Positions 57,452 to 64,000 of a DNA stretch of 64,000 nucleotides are shown here, piece after piece. This DNA is from Candidatus Aenigmatarchaeota archaeon. Its GTDB lineage: Archaea > EX4484-52. The notes under the pieces are model-generated. The model saw only the letters and a program-made list of their open reading frames with translations, did no database searches and was not told the DNA's origin. Numbering within the stretch: position 1 is the stretch's first letter; each line of letters opens with the position of its first letter. Both the position numbers and the translations under genes were made by a program. The stretch spans positions 15,383-79,382 of the forward strand of contig JAGLPV010000010.1 of NCBI GenBank assembly GCA_023137195.1, read 5' to 3'.

Positions 57452-58621
57452 TTATTTTGAAATCTTAGAATACTCTTTTTTATTCAACAACATATCTGTC
57501 TTTATGAACAACCCACTGTAATGGCAATGAGAAGCAGAAAACCCCTCTTTTTTTATAATCTCTATTGCCTTTTCTGTTCTCAAAATATCTTTTTTCGAAG
57601 CTTTTGCCAATTCATGAAGAGAATAGCAAATACCATTAATCTTGTTCTCTTCCATCAAAATTTCAATAAACTCTTTCATTTTCTCATCTTTTGCCGAAGA
57701 GCTTATTTTTTTGCAAAACCCAGTATCGTGTAAATTTCCCGTCCACAACGGACCGGCATAATCATAAACCTCACCACACGAGCATTTATTATCCTTATTG
57801 TTGAACAAATCCAAATCAACAAACTTTCTTTCCATGCATTTATTGCAGTAAAGCATATACCCAATATTATTCAGATGTTCTTTTATCTTTCCCTTGGACG
57901 ATTTTTTAACTCTCCCGAAAAACCTGAAATAGTGCCTCCTTGAAAACGAGACAAGAGGATGATATGTCTTTTCATGCATCGCGGCAATGATGTTCGTTTT
58001 TGCAATCAATATTCTCAAACCAATTTCCTGCATATTATCCATGTGCGCAGGTTTCGCAAAATAGCGGATAAAACATGTCTTTGGATATGTCCCGCATAAA
58101 GGCGCAGTATCAGTATATGTTGTCGCAAGAAGGCAATTATGCATACAATTACCAAAAAAAGAGTCAAGATAATACACACTACTACCAAACGGATCAATAT
58201 CGACAAAATCATATTTATTAACAGAAAACAAAGACTCTGCCTTGCCATTGCTCAAAAATATCTTTTTCCCTGTTTGATTGTCCAACTTATTCAACTTCAG
58301 GTTTTCTTTTGCATGACCCAATGCTTCCTCTTTTATATCATTTAGATAGATGCAAAATATCTGTTTTTTGTGCTCCTTCTCTATTTTCTGGAGTTCTTTA
58401 AAATATCTTATTGCCCTGACACCACTTGCCGTCATTGAATCGCACACAGAATAATAATCTCTTTTGTCGATTTTTGATTTGAAATCCTCTGCCAGAACAA
58501 GGCATGATATATCCCTGTTAAATTTCATTTCCGGATTGTAGAAAACTTCTGCACCTCTTGTAAGGTCTTGGCTGTCCGGGACTTTTATGGTCGTGTCCTC
58601 TTCCTGAATTGTATCTGGCAT
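57452..58621 (-). CDS. trm1: tRNA (guanine-26-N2)-dimethyltransferase
   Basis: VFYNPEMKFNRD, ASGVRAIRY, DIDPFGS, TDTAPLCG, E.GLRIL, GPLWTG. Confidence 0.96.
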   Translation of the reverse strand: MPDTIQEEDTTIKVPDSQDLTRGAEVFYNPEMKFNRDISCLVLAEDFKSKIDKRDYYSVCDSMTASGVRAIRYFKELQKIEKEHKKQIFCIYLNDIKEEALGHAKENLKLNKLDNQTGKKIFLSNGKAESLFSVNKYDFVDIDPFGSSVYYLDSFFGNCMHNCLLATTYTDTAPLCGTYPKTCFIRYFAKPAHMDNMQEIGLRILIAKTNIIAAMHEKTYHPLVSFSRRHYFRFFGRVKKSSKGKIKEHLNNIGYMLYCNKCMERKFVDLDLFNNKDNKCSCGEVYDYAGPLWTGNLHDTGFCKKISSSAKDEKMKEFIEILMEENKINGICYSLHELAKASKKDILRTEKAIEIIKKEGFSASHCHYSGLFIKTDMLLNKKEYSKISK

Positions 58622-58676
58622 ATTTATAGAAAGGGCATTATTTTATAAAATATATCCTATTTTAATTACATTAAAT

Positions 58677-58760
58677 GTTGAGATCGCATAGCTCGGTATT
58701 GCGCCAGCCTGGAAAGCTGGTGGGTTTCGACCCTCGAGGGTTCAAATCCCTCTCTCAACG
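58677..58760 (+). tRNA. tRNA-Ser(GGA)
   Basis: GTTGAGA/TCTCAAC, discriminator G; CCAGC-CTGGAAA-GCTGG; long variable arm GGGT-TTCG-ACCC. Confidence 0.95.
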
Positions 58761-58951
58761 TTAAAAAGGAGTGAACAAAGGAATGTTTGGTGAGAGAACA
58801 AAGGAATTCGCCGTCTTCTCGTAAGGAGAGCAAATTCCGCAGTGAACCATCAAACACCTTAAAAAGCAAAGTAACACCTGTAAGACTTGATTTTTATGGT
58901 TTTTTTTCTGCGTATTTCTTGTAAGATGCAGAAAAAAGTCGTAAGCGTAAG
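58761..58951 (+). ncRNA. tRNA-trailing structured element, copy 3 (3' of tRNA-Ser), preceded by a partial duplicate of its 5' motif
   Basis: UGUUUGGUG/CAUCAAACA (58784-58792/58848-58856), GGAAUU/AAUUCC, UAAAAA/UUUUUA, UUUUCUGCGU/AUGCAGAAAA; CGUAAGCGUAAG end. Confidence 0.7.
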
Positions 58952-59028
58952 AAATAAGGAAGTTATGATAACCTCCTGTATTAGCGGTTATACGTAAATC
59001 TTGTTAAATTCAATCTGGTTTTTGACGC

Positions 59029-59544
59029 TTATTTATTCTCGACAATATTGCATATGTCAATAAGGAAAATTTGATCTTTTTCTCAATTATAAACAAAATT
59101 ATCAAGTTTACAATCCAGTTGATATTTAATTTCTAATTTCTTTATTGTCATCTCAGCACGCTTAAGTAGACCATTCTTTTTCCATATTTCATAATTATAT
59201 TCTTGCATAAATGGTTCGACAATACATACTATATTACCATCATCAATTATGGCAACTTTTCTCAAAATAGGAATTTTTTCTTTATATTTTTGCCATAAGT
59301 TTATTTCATTCATTAATTCTTCAATTGGACTTAGCCAAACGCCAGTTTTACCCCTATCACAAGATTTTAAAATGAAAGAATCAAAAATTTTTATTTCCTC
59401 TCTCATCCAAGCTCTATCTTTAGAATATTCAATTTTTAGTCCTGGAATATTCTTTACTTTAATGAATGGAAAGTTTTCTATTTTCTCTTCTTTAAAATAT
59501 ACATGATTTTTTATTAAAGCTTTTCTGAAATTATGAATGTTCAT
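59029..59544 (-). pseudogene. Minimal protein-kinase-like gene with an in-frame TGA at 59083-59085
   Basis: FILK, NEINLW, IVEPF, LDCKLDNFVYN*EKDQIFLIDI: catalytic loop before the stop, Mg-binding Asp strand after it. Confidence 0.6.
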
Positions 59545-59850
59545 TATAGTAGTTGATGATAGTAAGTTATATTTCTTTCTATTTTACATCAAAAACCAGA
59601 CTTCTGCGTCACTTGTTCTTTGACCCCACTAGTGCTCTCACTTCGTTCGAGGTGTTTAACAGGAGCTAGAGAAAAATACTCTGCTCGCATTTATCCCAAA
59701 TCCCTTCTCTATTCGCTCCGAGACTTTTCTAACTCCAATGTCAACTCCAACAAACTAAATCAATCAACCCACACAACCTCACACCACACAACCTAAAAAT
59801 ACCCACCCATTTTTTAAGTTTTTTAATAATATCTTATCTATTAATTAAAT

Positions 59851-60015
59851 ATGGCAAAAATGAAAGATCCTGACGCAGAAGCAAGAATGCATCAAAATGT
59901 ATTTATATGCATGAAATGCAACGCAAAAAGAAGGGCAAAATCCAAAGTAAATCTTTTATGCAGGAAATGCGGTTCTAATAGCATGAGAGCAAAGAAAAAA
60001 GCAGCTAAGAAATAA
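59851..60015 (+). CDS. rpl40e: 50S ribosomal protein L40e (absent from the ORF track, 54 aa)
   Basis: MAKMKDPDAEARMHQNVFICMKCNAKRR...CRKCGSNSMRAKKK. Confidence 0.93.
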   Translation: MAKMKDPDAEARMHQNVFICMKCNAKRRAKSKVNLLCRKCGSNSMRAKKKAAKK

Positions 60016-60037
60016 TGTTGATTGAAGGTGAATTAGC

Positions 60038-61972
60038 ATTCTTGTAGGTGAAGTAGATGGAAAGACGACGACGCACACTTTTAAGTTTAAAGCCTATCGG
60101 GATGTAAAAAAAATGGACTTTGTCGCCGCAAAATCAGACGACGACAAATGGACATTAGCCCAAATTACAGAAATTAATATTTATCCGGACAACAAAATAC
60201 TGGCAAATTGTTTTGTCCTGGGTCGCCGCGAAGAAGGCATGCTAAAAGTCCCGAGAATCCCGATAAAACCGGCAAGCTTAGTATACCAGGCAAGCGAAGA
60301 GCAGATAAGAAACACACTTTGCCTAAAAGACAAGGGTCTATACCTCGGTATGCTCGAATCAACAACCTCTGTAAAATTCTACATCGACCCTGATGACGTA
60401 ATCACAAAACACATCGCTGTCCTCGCCCAGACCGGCGCAGGAAAAAGCTATACTGTGGGAGTTCTAATAGAAGAATTACTGGAAAAAAACATTGCCGTTG
60501 TAATAATAGACCCTCATGGGGAATATTCCGCATTAAGCAAAAAAAATAAAAAAGCAAATGAAAAGGATCTGGAATATTATGGCGTCGAACCAAAAGCATA
60601 CAATATAAATGAATACAGCCCTGACACGACCATTAACCGAAACGCCTCAAAATTATCTTTTTCAGATATTTCCCTGGATGCATCAGAAATAGTATCTTTA
60701 TTCCCTACAAAGCCCACCCCTACCCAAACCGCGCTATTATACGGCGCAATAAACGAACTACGTGCCATAAAAGAAAATTATACTTTAACAGACATCATCA
60801 ACAATGTACAGGCAAATGAATCCAACTCAAAATGGACTCTAGTAAATCTACTGGAAATGGCAAAAGCTTCTTCCCTATTCTCAAAAAACCCCACGCCACT
60901 ACAAACAATCGTAAAAAGAGGAACCGCCTCCGTAGTAAACCTAAAAGGAGTAAACGAGCAGTTACAACATACCTCGATGTGCAAACTTCTTGAACAACTC
61001 TTTACCGCAAGAAAAAAAGAGCAAATCTCCCCATTATGCTTAATTGTTGAAGAAGCACACAATTTTTGCCCTGAAAGAGAAGTCGTATCAACATCAAAAA
61101 TAATAAGAACACTTGTAGCAGAAGGAAGAAAATTCGGATTCGGTGTAGGCATAGTCAGCCAGAGACCCGCAAGAGTAGACAAAAACGTATTATCCCAGTG
61201 TAATACCCAGGTAATCCTAAGAGTAAAAAACCCAAATGACCTAAAAGCAATAAGCTATGCAGAAGGAATAACAAAACAGGCAGAAGAAGAAATCAAAAGT
61301 CTGGCTTCAGGAACCGCCCTTGTTCTGGGTGCAGAAATACCCTTGTTTGTAAACATAAGAACAAGAAGAACAGCCCATGGAGGCGAAACACAGACATTAA
61401 CCGAAACAAAAAAAACAACAAAAGAAAACCAGATTACTCATTTTAAGATATCCGACAAATATCTAAACGTTGAAGACCCCGGCGTAAAATTCATATTTGT
61501 CCCCTGCTATGAATTGAATATTACGGGCAATACCTATATGTTTGATGCAATAAGAGGAAATGTCCTGCACAGGGAAGACAATATTATAAAAGACAACCCT
61601 TTGAAATTGTCAAACCACGAAAAGAAAATCACAGGCAACCTGATAGAATCCAACTGCACAAAAGAAGAGCTCTTCAAAAAAACCAACCTCTCCTTCAGTG
61701 AATTCTCACATGCCGTCATTTCCCTGATAGAAAAAAAAATCATAAAAGAAGAAAACAATATCCTTTTCTTTTGCCTAAATTCAATGAATCAACTACCAAA
61801 AGAAAAATTCAGCAAATCAGATTTCAAATTCGAAAAAGAATTTCTCGATGTAAAGATACTGGGTTCAAAAATACTGGATAATCTTGGCATCCTAAAAAAA
61901 ACAAATATATCTCTTGTATATTACCCATATATAAACATCGGCAATAAATTAAATGACGCAACTGTTAATTAA
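60038..61972 (+). CDS. HerA/FtsK-like ATPase (DUF87) with HAS barrel; probable ATT start at 60038 (first ATG 60113)
   Basis: HIAVLAQTGAGKSY, IDPHGEY, VEEAHNF, EGRKFG, SQRPA, SQCNT. Confidence 0.9.
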   Translation: MLVGEVDGKTTTHTFKFKAYRDVKKMDFVAAKSDDDKWTLAQITEINIYPDNKILANCFVLGRREEGMLKVPRIPIKPASLVYQASEEQIRNTLCLKDKGLYLGMLESTTSVKFYIDPDDVITKHIAVLAQTGAGKSYTVGVLIEELLEKNIAVVIIDPHGEYSALSKKNKKANEKDLEYYGVEPKAYNINEYSPDTTINRNASKLSFSDISLDASEIVSLFPTKPTPTQTALLYGAINELRAIKENYTLTDIINNVQANESNSKWTLVNLLEMAKASSLFSKNPTPLQTIVKRGTASVVNLKGVNEQLQHTSMCKLLEQLFTARKKEQISPLCLIVEEAHNFCPEREVVSTSKIIRTLVAEGRKFGFGVGIVSQRPARVDKNVLSQCNTQVILRVKNPNDLKAISYAEGITKQAEEEIKSLASGTALVLGAEIPLFVNIRTRRTAHGGETQTLTETKKTTKENQITHFKISDKYLNVEDPGVKFIFVPCYELNITGNTYMFDAIRGNVLHREDNIIKDNPLKLSNHEKKITGNLIESNCTKEELFKKTNLSFSEFSHAVISLIEKKIIKEENNILFFCLNSMNQLPKEKFSKSDFKFEKEFLDVKILGSKILDNLGILKKTNISLVYYPYINIGNKLNDATVN

Positions 61973-61974
61973 TT

Positions 61975-63831
61975 ATGAACAAAGAAAAAACACAGGACTA
62001 TTATTCTAAAATTGGTCTGAAATGCGGACTCGAAATACATAAACGACTAAACACCAAAAAACTATTCTGCAATTGCTCAACAAACATGTGCGGGAAAAGA
62101 ACCGGCTCAATAACAAGGAAATTAAATATGTCTGTTGGAGAGTTAGGAGAGCATGATGAAGTCGCAAAAAAAGAAGTATGCAAAGAAAAAACATTTGAAT
62201 ACATATGCTTTGATGGAGAAACATGCCTTGTTGACATAGACGAAGAACCGCCTCATTCAATCAATAATGACGCATTAGACATAGTCCTTGATTTATGCCT
62301 GAAATTCAACTGCCTTATTCCCAACTGTCTCCACATCATGAGAAAAACCGTGCTTGACGGCTCAAACACAAGCGGATTCCAGAGAACAGCCCTTGTCGGA
62401 ACCGATGGAACCATAACTCCTTTAGATGATAAAACAAAAGAAATAGGAATCGACTCAGTCTGTATTGAAGAAGAAAGTGCCCAAATAGAAAAAGACGAAG
62501 AACAAAAAAGAACATACCTGCTGAACCGCCTGGGAATACCTCTGGTAGAAATAACAACAAATGCATTCTTCACAACCCCAACAGAACTAAAAGAAATTGC
62601 TCTTCATATCGGAATGCTTCTGAACAGTACAGAAAAAGTTAAAAGAGGAATCGGCACGATAAGGCAGGATGTAAACATTTCCATCACAGGGGGCAACAGA
62701 GTAGAGTTAAAAGGAGTGCAGGATGTACGAAAGATAGACAAAGTCACAGACCTGGAAATTCAACGACAGCAGTCATTAATCAAATTAAAAGAAACTTTAC
62801 AGGACAAAAAAATAACATTCAAAGACATCTTTAACGCCAAAGAATTTTTTTCCAACACAAAATCCGCAATCTTTGCAGGAAAAGAAGCATATGGCTTTGT
62901 TATTGAAAACTTTAACGGAAAATTCAGCGGAAAATTAAACGATATAAAGACACTCGGCAATGAAATCGCAAAAATCGCCTGTGTTGGGACAAACGCAAAA
63001 GGAATAATCCACACAGATGAAGACCTCAAAAAATACAAGCTAACAGATGAATTCGGACAAATAAAAAATCACCTTAAACTAAGCAACAAAGATTTAATCC
63101 TCTGTGTTGCAACAGACCAAAAGAACGCCAAAAAAGTATTTGAACAGCTAAAAAAAAGAGTTTTAGAGTTAAAAAAAGGCATCCCTGAAGAGACAAGAGC
63201 AGTGCTTGCAAACTGCGACTCCATCTACATGCGCCCTATTGCCGGAGCAAAAAGAATGTATCCTGAAACCGATATCCTAAAAATACAAATCTCGCAGCAA
63301 TATCTAAAAGACCGCAAAAAAAACCTCTTTGAGACATACGAAGAAAAAAAGGAATTCTACAAAAAAAAATTAAACATACCGGACGAAACAGTAAATCAAA
63401 TAATAAACCTAAAAATGAACACATTGTTTGATGAATTGATAAAATCAAATTCATTTAAAAATAAAGAAAAAGATGCCTCAAAATTAATAATTTCTTTTTC
63501 AGGTATCTTAACAAAAATCCAAACCAAATATGATGCCAAAACAACAATAAAATTTTTTGAAGAATGTTTTATGGCTTTGCAAAACAACAAAATCACAAAA
63601 CAGGGAGCAGGAATTTTCCTGAAAGAAAAAATAAAAAACCCCGCAAAACCAGAAATCCAAATAATAAAAGAAAACAATCTTGAAAAACTCAGCAAAGGCA
63701 AACTAGTCCAAATTATAGAAGAAGCAAAAAAACAAACTAAAAACACAAAAGAAATAATCCGATTTATTGAGTCTAAATACTGCTACCAGATAGACAAAAA
63801 AGAGTTGATTGAACTGTTAATCAAAAAATAA
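61975..63831 (+). CDS. gatE: Glu-tRNA(Gln) amidotransferase subunit E
   Basis: GLKCGLEIH..KLFC; DGSNTSGFQRT; RLGIPLVEI; RGIGTIRQDVNISI; RMYPETD. Confidence 0.97.
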   Translation: MNKEKTQDYYSKIGLKCGLEIHKRLNTKKLFCNCSTNMCGKRTGSITRKLNMSVGELGEHDEVAKKEVCKEKTFEYICFDGETCLVDIDEEPPHSINNDALDIVLDLCLKFNCLIPNCLHIMRKTVLDGSNTSGFQRTALVGTDGTITPLDDKTKEIGIDSVCIEEESAQIEKDEEQKRTYLLNRLGIPLVEITTNAFFTTPTELKEIALHIGMLLNSTEKVKRGIGTIRQDVNISITGGNRVELKGVQDVRKIDKVTDLEIQRQQSLIKLKETLQDKKITFKDIFNAKEFFSNTKSAIFAGKEAYGFVIENFNGKFSGKLNDIKTLGNEIAKIACVGTNAKGIIHTDEDLKKYKLTDEFGQIKNHLKLSNKDLILCVATDQKNAKKVFEQLKKRVLELKKGIPEETRAVLANCDSIYMRPIAGAKRMYPETDILKIQISQQYLKDRKKNLFETYEEKKEFYKKKLNIPDETVNQIINLKMNTLFDELIKSNSFKNKEKDASKLIISFSGILTKIQTKYDAKTTIKFFEECFMALQNNKITKQGAGIFLKEKIKNPAKPEIQIIKENNLEKLSKGKLVQIIEEAKKQTKNTKEIIRFIESKYCYQIDKKELIELLIKK

Positions 63832-64000
63832 TACTGGTAATTTTTGATTGTTGTATATAAACTATATCCCACGTACAAGTTTAGACATTATATACAAATC
63901 ATTTTGGATATAACATTAAAAGTAGTATTTAGAGTAAGACTCTTTTATTGCAACATGAAAAAATCCTACACATTCTAAAATGAACAACCCCGCAGCAAGC

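Noticed and set aside
59083-59085. Genome-wide TGA recoding or selenocysteine
   Set aside because: TGA is a normal stop in many genes here (dnaG, ATGA overlaps) and no SECIS or Sec context is evident
60038-61972. NurA-HerA repair operon or Sir2-HerA defence system
   Set aside because: No nurA, mre11, rad50 or sir2 neighbour; flanked by rpl40e and gatE

Overview
AT-rich archaeal chromosome segment. Archaeal identity rests on dnaG, rpoN, rpl34e, rpl40e, rpl10e, aIF2-beta, gatE, trm1, DGGGP synthase, BHB tRNA introns and tRNAs without encoded CCA. The compact, shuffled gene order and accessory families suggest a DPANN-type lineage (inference). It holds about 65 CDSs and five tRNA genes: Gln-CTG, Glu-TTC with intron, Thr-TGT with intron, Gln-TTG and Ser-GGA. 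It also has a DtxR-regulated feoAB operon, scattered type IV pilus genes, a glycosylation cluster and a toxin-antitoxin/nuclease islet (30.7-36.3 kb). Top candidates for novelty: (1) a ~160-190 nt non-coding element with three covarying stem domains directly 3' of three unrelated tRNA genes (Glu, Thr, Ser), each followed further on by a degenerate echo of that tRNA's T-arm; (2) a stand-alone ESCRT-III-like protein resembling the Vps2/24/46 class, with a MIM1-like tail; (3) a ~100-bp-period GAATTTGACAGTT/hairpin array upstream of a coupled three-gene operon ending in a caspase-fold (His-Gly...Ala-Cys) protease. Smaller oddities include a tRNA-Thr intron duplicating the anticodon loop as CGT, a ribosomal protein stop codon inside a tRNA, a probable ATT start and a His-to-Arg PEP-synthase homologue. 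All assignments are by eye from motifs; no searches were run.
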